64,000 nucleotides of DNA from Felis catus (taxonomy: Eukaryota). Under the pieces are notes generated by a model. It did not search any database. It was given only the letters and a program-made list of their open reading frames with translations, and was not told the origin of the DNA. Both the position numbers and the translations under genes were made by a program. How positions within the stretch are numbered: position 1 is the stretch's first letter; each line of letters starts with the position of its first letter. Shown piece by piece: positions 40,692-54,139 of the stretch. The DNA lies in assembly GCF_018350175.1 (NCBI RefSeq), contig NC_058368.1, positions 46,688,001-46,752,000 of the forward strand. The letters are read 5' to 3'.

Positions 40692-41064
40692 GTGTGCCTG
40701 ATGAGCAGCAAGTAGCCCAGTGTGGCCAGAGAAGGGTAAGCAAGAGAAGAGTTAGTAAGAGAGTAAGTCAGAAAGCTAATGGGCGCTGAGGAAGGCAGTT
40801 CACAGAGGCCTGGTAGAATTCGGCTTGTACTCTGTGTTGGATAGAAAGCCACTGAAGGGTTTAGGACTGCAGGGTGACATAGCTATTAACATTTTAAAAG
40901 AATCATTTCAGCTGCTGTGTTGAGAATGTACTAGGGGAATCAAGAATAAAGGCAGAAATACCAGATGAAAGAATATCATGGGGAGAAATAATGGTGGTTT
41001 AGACTGAAGTAGTATTAGCTCTTGATTGAAGGATATCTGAGCTCTTTACTGATCCATTGGATTT

Positions 41065-41102
41065 AAAAAAATTTTTTAAGGTTTATATATTTTGAGAGAG
41101 AG

Positions 41103-41151
<49 letters not shown>

Positions 41152-41327
41152 ATGTGTGCACACGAGTTGGGGAGGGCCAGAGAGAGGGGGAGAGAAAGAA
41201 TCCCAAGTAGGCTCAGTGCTGTCAGCATGGAGCCCTATGTGGGACTTGAACTCACAAACCATGAGATCATGACCTGAACAGAAATCAAGAATCAGCTCCT
41301 TAAACGACTGGGCCACCCAGGTACCCC
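41065..41327 (-). mobile_element. SINEC with (GA)n linker, 15-bp TSD
   Basis: TGATCCATTGGATTT at 41050-41064 and 41329-41343. Confidence 0.94.
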
Positions 41328-43015
41328 GTGATCCATTGGATTTTAAGTCAGGATGTTGGGAAACCAGGCTGGTCTATGCTTAAAGGATTGATGCTAATAC
41401 ATTAAATTATATTCTGCCTTTGTGAACATGTTTGTATGCGTGAAGTTTTATGTTTATACTTTTTTTTTTCTTATAAATGAAAGCCCTTTGCATGTTATGG
41501 TAAAGTCTTTCATTGATTACTCTGTTAACACTGGTTTTTTTTTTGGCATATTACTATCACTTCCTTCTATTTGACTCCCAGTTTTCCCTCCCTGCTAAGA
41601 GTCTCTTACTCTACTCTATGTACTGGTTCCCTTAGTAGACATATACCTAATTTGTGTTGTGTCATTTTGAGCTAGTTGCTTTGCAATTGTAATAGCTGCT
41701 TCATTTGTTTTTCCAATTTGGTTCTCCATACAGTGCAAGAAATTGGAAAATGCTTCTGCACACAGTGTTGTCTTTACTATCTAGAATAATTAGGATTTTA
41801 TCGAGGGTAAAAACAGCATCCTAGTGATCAACTTTTAAGGGACAACTAAAAGGATAAATCATTTTCTAATTCTCAGTAACACATTTAACCAATGACATGG
41901 TAGTCTTCATGCTAAGTGGCTCTTGGAAACTCATGCTAGATGGGCAAAGAAAATATTCTCAACCATGAGTTTAGAAAATAAAGGGATGTGTACATTTATT
42001 TATCTGTTCATATGTGAGAAGACAGAATAGGGATTGAAAGAGGGAAAGCTGCGTAGCAGTGAATCTTTCAAAGATTGTCCTTCTATCTAGCGGAGACATT
42101 TTCCTCTCTCAGACAATAAACATAAGGATGATTTAGTTTCTGTTTGTTTTATGGTTTCAGCATTCTGACAAAGAAGTTCTAAGGGCAAGTTAACTTATTA
42201 AAATGCTTTGAGCCCTTTGAAGAAAAGATATTTTTATTAGATATATGTTCAAGGCATTCTTTCTGTCTTTGCAGTTTTCTCTCTCATAAAAGATATTCTC
42301 TTTCAAATAGACCTAAACTATTGAATGTGTTTTCACTTATGATTACTTCATCTCCTTGTATATGTTAGAGCCCATCTGAAGTAATAACCTCTTTGTTAAA
42401 ACTTTATCTCTTCAAAAAAATAATAAAACCAAGAAATTTTAACAAGTCAAATGTGAGAGGTGGTGTAATATATGAATTGATCTCATTATTGATTCATGAT
42501 GTCCTGAACCATTCATCCCTTGTCCTTCACCCTATCTTAGTACACACTGGATATGATCACCTTCTCAGAAAGTATGTCTATGCGTGTTGTAACCAAAGAC
42601 TAAAACTGTAACAATTAGCTGGTCCACTCCTCTGCCAAGGCTTGAAATAAATCTTTATTTCAGATACTGGGAAGACAGAAACACCCCTTGTCCTGGACAT
42701 GTGATTTCCTTAAATGGTACCCCAGTGGGCTGAAAGACTCAATGAACTTCTTTAAGCCTAATTTATTCCCAGAATATGACCTAGGTGCTGGGGAGGATAG
42801 AACACATTATCTGATGTTCAGATTGCTCAACTGTACCCTGGAGAATCAAAACATTAAGAAGCATATGGTATGAATATTGTCCTGGTGAAAGCACATTGTT
42901 CCATTTTGGAATTTAAAACAAGCAATGCAGCAATTGTTATTAACTAACTCCAACCCCTACTTCCAAATCAAAAGACTTCATAAAATTTCAGGAAGCGGTA
43001 TGGTAGATTACGTAC

Positions 43016-43054
43016 TCCAAAGGTTTTCTGTCTTCCACATCAGGGTCAGTAATC
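43016..43054 (-). CDS. Candidate 39-nt internal exon (ITDPDVEDRKPL or LLTLMWKTENLW)
   Basis: Acceptor atttttctttgtag|, donor GGA|GTACGT; frame-preserving length; open in phases 1 and 2. Confidence 0.4.
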
Positions 43055-43719
43055 CTACAAAGAAAAATGTTTCTTAATAGCTGCCCAAGAAGACCATTTA
43101 AAAAAGAAGAAAGCCACAAAAAAACCCCAAACTTCCAGCTTTGTCTTTCCCTTACCCTAACAGTGGCAATGACAGTGTTCAGTAACAAAGACTTTGAGCT
43201 GCTGGCTGATGCTGAAGTTAAATGCATATGACAGAACTACCAGCACTGATGGATGGCTCCAGGCCCGCTGTGCTGACAAAAGACTGGGATGTTTGCAATG
43301 GTTGGTTATCAGTGAAAATGGGCATTACCCGATTTGGCATTTGAACACTTTGCATAACCTGAAGTGATGGTCAGCACTGAACCCTGAAGACACAATGCTA
43401 GCAGGGTTAATATTTGGTAGAATCTGTCTATCCACTGTGGTGACATACTATTTACTGAATCCCAGAAATAGACCTTTTGATAAAAACCTCAACTGGGAAC
43501 ACTGGCAACTATATAGATTCCTACTGGGTCCTGGTAATTTTTATGAGACTTTGGAATGTGAAGAGCCTCTCAAAATGCCCTCATTTCCATCATTTATTTT
43601 TCTACCAAGCCATTATAAGTTTGTATTTACAAATCCATTTGCTGTCACAGGCATTATTATTTTTCCGTCTGTCTAAAAATATAATGGTGATTTTGAAGGC
43701 TTGTTTCATCTGATATGTT

Positions 43720-44168
43720 AAAAAAATTTTTTTTTAAAGTTTTTAAATTTATTTTGGGAGGAAGACAGAGAGCGAGTGGGGAGGGGCAGAGAGAGAGGGA
43801 GAAAATTCGAAGCAGGCTCCAAACTGTCTGCACAGAGCCGGATGCGGAGCTGTAACTCACAAACCGTGAGCCAAAACCAAGAGTCAGACACTCAAGGGGT
43901 GCCTGGGTGGCTCCCTCGGTTGAGGGGCTGACTTCGGCTCAGGTCATGATCTCACAGCTCATGAGTTCGAGCCCTGCGTCGAGTTCTGTGCTGACAGCTC
44001 GGAGCCCGGAGCCTGCTTCAGATTCTATGTCTCCCTCTCTCTCTACCCCTCCCACACTCATGCTCTGTCTCTGTCTCTCTGTCTCTCTCCCTCAAAAATA
44101 AATAAACATTAAAAAAAATTAAAAAAGAAAGAGTCCGACATTCAAACATCTGAGCCACCCAGGCACCC
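43720..44168 (-). mobile_element. SINEC split by a nested opposite-strand SINEC
   Basis: Outer pieces at 43720-43895 and 44129-44168. Confidence 0.9.
43896..44128 (+). mobile_element. Nested SINEC, 17-bp TSD
   Basis: AAGAGTCAGACACTCAA (43879-43895) and AAGAGTCCGACATTCAA (44129-44145). Confidence 0.94.
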
Positions 44169-46108
44169 GTTATCTGGTATATTTTATGTATTTTTTAATA
44201 TTCAACCTATTTAAAGAAATAGAAACTGGACTTATGGTTTAAAAGAAAAAAAAACACCAAGAATCCTAACATAAGGGTTAAAACCAAGCATCAAAGCAAG
44301 AAAACAAAAAAAAAATATTTCAAAAATCATGCTGAAGGTATTGCAATTAAAAGCAAACGTAACTCTGGGGTTCCAAGTGGCTCAAGTCAAAAGAAAAATA
44401 TTACAGACAACCGGTCTCTTTTTATCTTGAAGGAAGCATATTGATTCATCAGAAGAAACTAGCTTTTTTTTGTTCCATAGTTCTGAAAGTAAAATCTCCA
44501 AGTTTTTTTTCTTTTAAAATAAGGAACATTGAATAAAATATTATCCAATGCTCACAATGGATGTTTTTACAGAAAGTACAATGATAACTCCTCACACAAC
44601 TATTTCCTTTATTTGACTTCAGCAGGAACACAATGATAAACTAGAATTCTCTGTAAGACACAGAAAAATTAGTTATGATTTAGTTATGTAGCATTTTGGC
44701 AATCTGACTTAAAATGAGGTACAGATTTCACTGTAATTCTAAGAAACAAAATAAACTGAAGGCCCACTGAAGGATCATACACAATTACATTGCAAATATA
44801 AGCAATCTTTATTTATAAATCACTTTTGAGTACCTTCAATACTTTTTCAGGACAGTTATTGAATAAATATTAAATAGTAAAATAATAAAATAAAGCAAAT
44901 AAATAGTACGTGTAGAGGATATATTAGAGTTCCTACTGATGTATAGAATAAAAATGTGTACATTTTCAAAACTCTGGTTAAGTTTGTCCATAGCAGACAA
45001 ACTACAAAATGCTAGAGACTAGAAGCTGGCAGCCAGTTGCTACTCGGCTATGTCAATGTGTCGCAATCAGAATGACATTGTTTCAGGTACGTAATTTCTA
45101 AAGTGTATGCATAGCCAACTTAATATTCAAATGAGTATGCATATTCAGGCTCTCCTTTATTTCTATAATATATAATGAAGAAATCAAATAACAAACAAGT
45201 GGAAGTTGAATACAACAGTTGAAATGTCTTTGAATAAGTGTGGATTCTAATACACTGAAAAGTATAAAATTTCCATTTTTAGGCAGATCAAAAGAAATAG
45301 AATCTTAGCAATTTTGCATGATTCCATCTATGATAGATTTCATTTCCTTAACTACATATGTTGTGAAAAATAAAAATATAAAGTTAGAATTGCTTGATAT
45401 CCTAAAAATATTATATATAGTGATAGGAAAAATGAGTCCTAATTTGATTGAGAAAGTAGTTTTTAGAAGCAATGTTACAATAAAGATTTCTCTTTCGCTC
45501 ACATAATTTAATACACTTTGTCCCTGTAAAGTTGATATTTTTGCTGTGAGGAAAAAAAGTAGACAGAAAGGAGATTGCAAAAAATAGACTGATTGATTAC
45601 ACTTACTAAAACCTTAGTAGTGGTAGAGATAAAAAACTAAATCAAATAAATTTGTCTTAAAATATATTTTTACCATTTTAAACTTTATTTTTGTATCCTA
45701 TATTAAGATTGGGATCCTTTTGAAAAAGCAAGCAAATACTGTACAAATTGCATGCCACTAAATAACATTTTCCAAATTGATGATCTGGGTAAGAAGCAGC
45801 ATGTTACAAGAAATTGTTTCATGCTTAAGTATGAGAAAACGCAGGTAAAAGAAAGTTAATCAGATTGCTTTAGTGAAGTATTTTTTTTCTTTATGTCTTT
45901 CATATGATAACACACTTTGTAACAATTTTAGGAAAGGCCATACTGTGTAGAGTTTGCCACACATATATTTGATTAAGGAATACTTTCTTAATTGAATACA
46001 TGTGTTTCTTAGGTTATAGTTAGGGAACTGCTGTCTTAGGGAGTCAACTAAAGAAACCCAAATTCGCAATGAAAAAAAGATCATTGGGATAATGCTTATA
46101 ATACTTAC

Positions 46109-46132
46109 TTTTCACCAAGGGTATTGCATAGC
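46109..46132 (-). CDS. Candidate 24-nt microexon (YAIPLVK or LCNTLGE)
   Basis: Acceptor with a T-run followed by atag|, donor AAA|GTAAGT; frame-preserving length; stop only in phase 0. Confidence 0.45.
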
Positions 46133-46878
46133 CTATAAAAAAAAATGAAACTTTCTTTTCAGAGTTTATGTACTGGTCACAGATATCTGAATAATCCTCA
46201 ATATTCAGTTGAAAACCGTAAGTTTAAGCAAGTTAAAGTCAAAGTTATTGACAGAATATCCTTAGTTGTGATATCTGAAACATACAAATAATTTTAATCT
46301 TTAAAAGCAATCTAACTTTCTGATAAACTCTCACATAATGAGAGAAGTAAATTCCTTAAAAAATACCTTTTTACCTTCACCCTGAAATAATATGAAATAC
46401 CCAAAAACATATTGAAACTTCATTAACACGCTGTAATTCAGTTCCATAATTTGATGTTATAGCGTGAGTGATCTTAGCCGACTTACCAGAAATAGGAAAG
46501 CTACTCAAGTGAGCCCTGCTAACCTACGGGAGTGTGAATAGTAAATCCTTGTGATTTGGTGAGGTAGTTTGACATGCAGGGGTAAATGATGGGTACAAGC
46601 CTCAAATCCCACTGTCATCTCCTTCCCTCTGTTTGTAAAGAAAATGCAATTCCTTTTCCTAAGATTGAAGTTTCATCTTTGCCCATTTTCTTGCATTCTC
46701 TAAGGACTTTACTTATGTCAATTATCGAAACTTTTGTCTTCCCTAGACCAACATAAGCACACACAAAATTCTTTTCGTACTAGGATTCTTTTGATTCTTA
46801 GGATTCTTCTTATTCTTAGCATACAGTTTGCAGTAAAAGGCAGTAAAGAGCCGCTAGTCTCCTAGAAAAGATATTGTC

Positions 46879-46929
46879 TTATTTATTTATTTATTTATTT
46901 ATTTAGTTAGTTAGTTAGTTAGTTAGTTA
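46879..46929. repeat. (TTAT)n(TTAG)n tetranucleotide repeat
   Basis: Visible tandem units. Confidence 0.92.
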
Positions 46930-49629
46930 TTTTGTCAGTTCAAGACATGGGGGCGGGGGGGTGAGAAATCTGGAGAAACTAAAACCCAGGCAGATGTGCT
47001 TGACATATGTCTTCCCACCCTTGGCGGGGAAGAGGTCACCCATCAAAGTGCTCAGTTGGGTCCTAGCGGGCAGGCAGTCTCTCTGGGCTGTGTCTCCTGA
47101 TGACCACCATGTCTTCACACGTATCTGAAAGTTCCAGCTTCCATCCTAGGATAGTGTATCTGATGACGCCTCACAGCAGAGCCTTTAGCCTTCTGTCTGC
47201 TTATTTTTCAGTTCTGACTGGCTCAGGAATCTGTCTCCTCAGTTTTCCCTAAGTGTGTCAGGCACAGGGTCCAATCCCCACTGCCAGGCCAGTCTTTTAA
47301 ACTGCACCCTGGGCACAGAGATGGGCTTCTGTGCAGGCACGAAGGATAATAGGTATGTTTTTATGGTTTGCGGTAATTACATTAACCTTACTTATTGTAA
47401 TATCAGGAATATACACTGAAAATTTGTAGGTAAAACAAGAAAAATAAAAATAAATGAATTTACTTTATGATTCCTCTTTAAAAATAATGACCAATAAAAT
47501 GTAGGTAGAAGTAGCTTTAGTAGTAGCTATAAGAAGAAACATTTTAAAATAATGAGGTCCTTTATTCCTTTAGACAAATATATTATTCAGATACCAACTC
47601 TATTTTAACACAGTGTTTTCCATTTAAAATAACTAACCGTTAATAAAATAAATGAATGAAGCATTGGCTCCTTGTTTCCCAAACATTAATATAATATTTA
47701 AAATAATGATTGCAATTTTTATTTGGTATAAACATTCTCTCAAATGATTCTAAAGATTAAAACAGAACTGGCTTTCTCTTTTCCCTTTATTCTACTGCAA
47801 GATAACTGAAGAGAATGGAAGTTCTGGACTTCATGGTTCAGAGCACTGTTACAAAACGCTGGAAGTTTGGCCTTGAGTTTAATTTCATATCTCATTTAAA
47901 TATCATGCATGCAAAAATGTTGATGTCTATATTACTGCTTCCTTTCCAAACATTTCAACTCTAGCAATCTGGTGATAGGCAGATCAGATTTCATAGGAAA
48001 ACAAGGCCTGCTTCATATAAATGTGTTTCAGCTAATAAATGAAACTAGAAAATATTTATTTATAAGAAATGAAGTTATGTACATTTTTTAAATACCTATC
48101 ACAATTCATTAGAAATTAAATTGCTGTTAAATATTGCTTAAATTCAAAACATGCAAGCATTCACAAACAAGGGAAACTATGTTGCAATAAGCATTCTCAA
48201 GAATTTTTCCAGAACCCCTAAAATCCTAGATAAATTATCTGGTAAGAATATATAAGGAAAAGAAAAACACAAAAGTCAGTTTTCCTATTATTACAGAAAT
48301 TTCCAACTAAAATACAGAAACTACATATTTTCTGTCTGGCTTTTACAAGCCTGAAAGGAACCTCGTGCCTCTGCTGATGTTCCTGACTCAGCATGGAATG
48401 TCCTCTCTTTCTCTACCCACCAAATTACTACATCTCTTTCAAGGCCCTTTTCAAAAGCTCTTTTCCATGGAGCTTTCCCCACAGTACAAGTCAGAATTAA
48501 TTACTTCTTCCTATGGGCTCTCAAAGCACTTTGAACCTCTAAATGGCAATTACTTTATTCTGCCTCACACTATTTACATGTTTAAATATGTCTGCCTCAC
48601 AAGACTTTAGGCTCCTTGAAGACATCTTAATCAACTTTTTTTTTCCCCCTCACCTCACTGGATTCTTTTCCATCCTTGGGTACTTATTTATAATCTGGAA
48701 AATGGTTCTCCATTACAGAATGGGTGCCCAATAACTTTGGGTTTAGAAGAACTAATTGAAAATTTTTGTCTTCTTATGGTCTCTTTCAGTCAAGTTCTGA
48801 CTATAATGATGGTTTTCCAAGTTGTTCATTTTATACCTATGAAAAGAAGTCAGCAACATTAAAACTGTCTATGTGTGGTATTTTCCAATGTTCCTTGGAC
48901 TCCTAAATGCACCCTTTAATATATCATACCCGTAGAATGTCTAAAAATGTCACTTGGATAACTATCTTTTCCCTGTGCTTCACCAAGATTAACCTTTGAG
49001 TTATATAAATCAAAAATTCAAGGAAAGAAGAAAAGCTGAAATGGATGTCAACCTTGTCCCTTTGCTTTGTGAAATTTTCAACTTGAACACTGTCTTATTG
49101 GTGATGTTTTAAACATTCAGCTGTATTTCTATGGTGTTTCTCTCCACAGAGGTAAAAGCAAACATTATTCAGTCTCAGGCAACCTTTAATTTGGTGACAG
49201 GCATTTTGCACCATATTAGAAAAATATGGATATAGAACTTTAAAAATTCCCCCATGGAGTATACATAGTGAATACCAGTATTGAAAATGGACTTGAAATT
49301 TTCACTTCCAATCGGTATCCTTATCACTAGGCCATGTTACTATACAAGTGAGGCTTTAAGCATATATGTAAAGTATCTAAATTAAACGTCATTGGAAGGC
49401 AAGGTAAATGCACTGATCATTGTTTTCTAGCTTATGTTTTCACTGATAATTAGCTTCATATTAAGATAAAACTTCTCCTTCCATGTATTTTCATATTGTA
49501 TTATATTTCTTTTTTCATAGTTGTTACTTAGTTTTTAATCATCTGATTTCCTCTGATAACCAGATAAGATGGGCATCTATTCTCAAATTACAGACAAAAG
49601 AAACTAAGGCTCAGAAGTTTAATGTCAAG

Positions 49630-49657
49630 GAAAGAAAGAAGGAAAGAAAGAAAGAAA

Positions 49658-49716
<59 letters not shown>
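49630..49716. repeat. (GAAA)n microsatellite
   Basis: Visible tandem units. Confidence 0.97.
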
Positions 49717-49717
<1 letters not shown>

Positions 49718-51031
49718 GACTTGCTTTCTCTATTCTAGGGAACTTTCCTTCTTGTCAAACTCAGTAACAGGAAAAGAAATGTCAGAGACATGAGTGGGTG
49801 AAACTTAGAAGCACTTTAGAATAATTTGACTTCAAATTGTCTGATTGCTATTTGATTATTTATAGATTACTTTGGCATGCACTGATACTCATTTTTAAAT
49901 ACTATTTCTTATTTATGAAGAACTACATGAAACAAACACACACAGTTCACTGAAATGCTTAGTTTTTTAAATACTGTTATCTCATATAACTGTTTACATA
50001 GAATTTTTGTCTTCTACAGTTATGACCATGTACTGGAGTTTAAATAAAACAACAGCATATTTTAAGCATCAACAGTAATGCTATGGTGCTTTATTTTATT
50101 TTTAAGTCATAAAAATTTGACACATCATTTAAATGTGATTGTGACATTGCACCAGAAGTTACCAATGGAAGGATTTATAAAATACAAATATATATAACCA
50201 GAAGTTGTGTTATATACAAAGGTCACAAAACAATATTGTGGCTGTACAAGTTCAGGTCTAGGGTTTCAATTTCCAAAATCTCAGTTGTTGGAATCCATGA
50301 CAGCTGAGGCATAATATAACTAAGCAATGGTAAACCAGTAAAAAAACATAAAATAGATATAAGCTGCTATTGACCTTAAACATTCTGTTTCATCATTCAC
50401 ATTTAGGAGGAAATGAAAATTTAGAGAAAACAGAAAGATTCAGTATACATTTAAAGACATATACATATATATGGCCACTTAAAGGCTAAATGAGACACCT
50501 TTATCATAGCAAAATTATACTGGTGTCTAAATGATTAAAACCGCATGAATGAGAAATGAAGTTGGGTCTCATTTTACTCTAGAAAAGCAATAGTACACAC
50601 ATTTGCAGTTTACAAAGCAACTCTGCATACATTGTCTGATCTTATGGAATGCTAGTATAGGTTCACCAGTGGAATCAAATGTAAGAACCCTTTAACAAAT
50701 CAGTATGGACAGATGCTCTAAGAATTTGTGTAAACGATTACAGTGAATTCCCTCTTGGCATATACAGGAAACATATGTTTTTGTGCAGTTTCATTTTAGA
50801 TTAAAAAGAAAGAAATCTAGAGAAACTTATTTTTTTCATTGTGTTCATTTGATTTCTAGGACCTTTAAATGCCCCTTTCCCACTTCACTTGAGACAGCTG
50901 AACTATCTACTCTATAAAATCAGCCACGAGAATATAAATACCCTGAAAAAAATTCCAAAGAAGAAGGAGTATGAATGGTGTGCCACTTTGTCACCATTGT
51001 TCTTAGGAAAAAAATAAAATGTGTCTATATA

Positions 51032-51246
51032 GGGGAGGCTGGGTGGCTCAGTCAGTTAAGCATCTGACTTCAGCTCAGATCATGATCTTGCCCCACAATT
51101 CGGCTCTGGTTGACAGCTCAGAGCCTGGAGCCTGCTTCAAATTCTGTGTCTTCCTCTCTCTGCTCCCCCCTGCTCGTACTCTGTCTCTGTCTCTGTCTCT
51201 CTCTCTCTTAAAAATTAAATAAATATTAAAAAAATTTTTAATTAAA
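51032..51246 (+). mobile_element. SINEC with internal deletion
   Basis: Head, linker and tail; AAAATGTGT(C/T)TATATA on both flanks. Confidence 0.92.
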
Positions 51247-51799
51247 AAAATGTGTTTATATATAGTTGAGTGAAATTTTATTTTTGTATAATTAAATTAA
51301 AGTCTTATTGAATCAGACTTATTAATTGTAACAAAAATGGAAGAGTTAAAAAATGGAGCATTAGGGTTGTAATATTATGTAAGTGATTTAAAAAGTATAA
51401 ACATTATATAGATTCAGTTCATGGTACTTATAAACTATGTATCAGCATGCTCCTTAGGAGAAAATCGTATTTTTATTATTATTAAGAATACATTTTAATT
51501 AAACATCTACAATGTGTGAGGTACCATGATAGATACAGAGAGGGTTCAGATATGAACCTCTTCTTATAAGATCTTACAAGTAACAGAATTATATCTTAGT
51601 TGTAATAAATTCCACAATCCTTAGCAAAAATAAATCCTGTAAATACAAATAAAAGACAAGATAAAAGCTTTATATTCACAACAGATTCTTATTAGTGACC
51701 AGCCTAAAGATTCAACTAACATAAAACAGTTCCAATAAGTAAAAGATGTGTGAGTGTAAGACATTTGTTAAGAAAATAACATCACTATATTTATAGTTA

Positions 51800-52013
51800 G
51801 TTAGATAGATAGATAGATAGATATACATATATATGTAGATAGATATACATATCTATCTATATATAGATATACATATATACATATAATAGATATACATATA
51901 TACATATATATAGATATGCATATATAGATATATATGTATACATATATATATATATGTATACATATATATAGATATATATATACATGTATAGATAGATATA
52001 CATATATATGTAG

Positions 52014-52058
<45 letters not shown>
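51800..52058. repeat. Complex (GATA)/(TA)/(CATA) low-complexity repeat
   Basis: Visible units; source of the YIYIY ORFs. Confidence 0.95.
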
Positions 52059-52060
<2 letters not shown>

Positions 52061-52181
52061 TTTTTCTTTTTAAAGCAGGCTTCACACCCAGCATGGAGCC
52101 CAATGTGGGACTTGAGCTCGTGGCCTGGAGATCAAGACCTAAGCTGAGATCACAAGTCACTTAACTGACTTCCCAGACACC
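52061..52181 (-). mobile_element. Short-type SINEC
   Basis: 'aagcaggcttcacacccagcatggagcccaatgtggg...'. Confidence 0.85.
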
Positions 52182-54139
52182 ACTAAAAGTTATGTTATAT
52201 TCTGATTAAAGGGTAATGAAAAAATCTAGAAATTACCATGACTATAGAAGTATCCAAAAGTTGAGTTCTTTCTTTTGAAATCTTTTCCACAATGAGAATT
52301 TAAATGAAATATGAGAATAAAGAAATATATAGCACCCTAAATGAAAATATTGCATACCTGACCAATTTTGGTACCCTGACAAACTTTAATTGTAGTATAA
52401 AATTCAATGAAAGTCATGCCGACAAGTTAGCTTTACCTCTTACTGTACAGGTTGAAATTAAATTTTATCATTCTGTAAGTTTTAACTAAAATTTTAGCTA
52501 ATTTTGTAGAGAAAGCTAAGTAAGTTGGATAATTAAGTGTATTTGAAAGATTTATTCAATTTCCTTTAAAAGGTATGTGTTTTGTGTGTATATATATACA
52601 TACAAACATATAGAATCAGATATATATACAAACATATATATATATATACAAACATATATATGCAAACATATAGAATCAAACACATTGTATATAATCAATA
52701 TGTTGTTGAATTGAAAAACTGTAGGAAATTTACATTATTTATGTCCTTTTGGAATTTCTTATAATAATATCCACTTTAAAAAAAGTTTAAAAAAGATTTT
52801 ATTCACCTAGATATTAGGAAATTTAATTTGACTTTGTGAGCAATTCCTTTGAGAAGATTTTTGTTTTCCAAAAAAAGAAAAACATCGTGATATTTAACAG
52901 ATTTATAAAATCTGATTAAGAAAAATTACTCCTATGCCATTACATTTTATCCTGAAGTCTAAATGACCATCTGTTTTCTTTGAAAAATGAGTAATGTTAG
53001 CAATTGTGTTTTTTTATTGTTGAACCCAGGTTAGTCTCTGCCTGGGGTTCAAGTTCTCAAAGATGGGCAGATTTAATATATTTGTCACCACCTTGATATT
53101 GCTTAACTTCAGATAAAAGTGATGGTTGGTAAGTCTGTGAATTGAGGACAAACCCCGTGTTGTTATGCTGAAACAATATTTAAGAACTCCAAGTCTTTAT
53201 TTTTGTTCTAAATTGCACTACATCTTGTTAGGTTCATATTAGTTATTTTCAAAAATTACCTCTTTATCTCCAATTTATCAAGTTACCATTTTAGTCACTG
53301 TCCTGGTATGTTGTTTCTTTTATTTTATTCTTTTTTAAATAAGCAGAATTTGACCATTTCTCTATAAGTCTTTTATTTCTTTTGGACAGCTTAGTCAGAC
53401 ATCTACCTAGAATTTATTTTAGGTAAAAGGGTTTACTACTTTCTTTAAGTAAAAGAATTTTAAAAGTTGTGAACTCCAGTAAATGGATAATTTTTGAAGA
53501 TCAAATAAGCCAGGGTCAATTTAGTGCATATCAACTGAGATGTCCAGGGTTTGCATTTAAAAATGAATTTGTGATTGTCTTTGGTCTCTATTTCCTAATT
53601 CATTTTTAGGGCTTTAAAGATCTGTTGTAACAGGACTCTTGTTACATTTAATAAGTGCCATGTTGATTGGCGTTCTCTAAGTAGGCTTTTCAGTTTGCCT
53701 GTGGGGAAATTTAATATAAAAACATTCAACATTCTTTTATTAGTGTTTTTTACTATTCCCAGTCCCATCAGACCTTTGGTGCAAGCAGTGTATTATTGAA
53801 AAGCTTATCTGTAAGAAGTGAGCCAAGGGGAAATTCAGCCTTTATTAATATTGACATCATGTTCCCACACAATGGCTGTCTAAAGAAACTTTTCAATTGG
53901 ATTTCAACTGCTTTGATGCAATATAAATGGAAACAACTGAATGCATGGTTTAACACAGAATAGTGAATGATGCTGTATCCTGCACACCCAAACATAAAGT
54001 TGGAGGTTAGAGGTATTTCAGGGCCGTAATTTAGTATTCTCAATTTATAACGGTTAGTGGAATGTTGTTAGGTTAATTTGGTGGGTTCTTGAATACATAT
54101 AAAATTTTCTCTGGGTTCTCTTCCCTTTCTCATTGCCAG

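Noticed and set aside
46487..46742. Minus-strand segment between an acceptor (ggtctag|) and a strong donor (CTG|GTAAGT)
   Set aside because: Stops in all three frames, so not coding; a non-coding exon cannot be excluded
51801..52164. Low-complexity ORFs (YIYIY, also HIHIH, EIEIE and RERER elsewhere)
   Set aside because: Artefacts of microsatellites that lack stop codons
53030..53128. 99-nt plus-strand exon candidate ending at a GTAAGT donor
   Set aside because: Stops in all three frames
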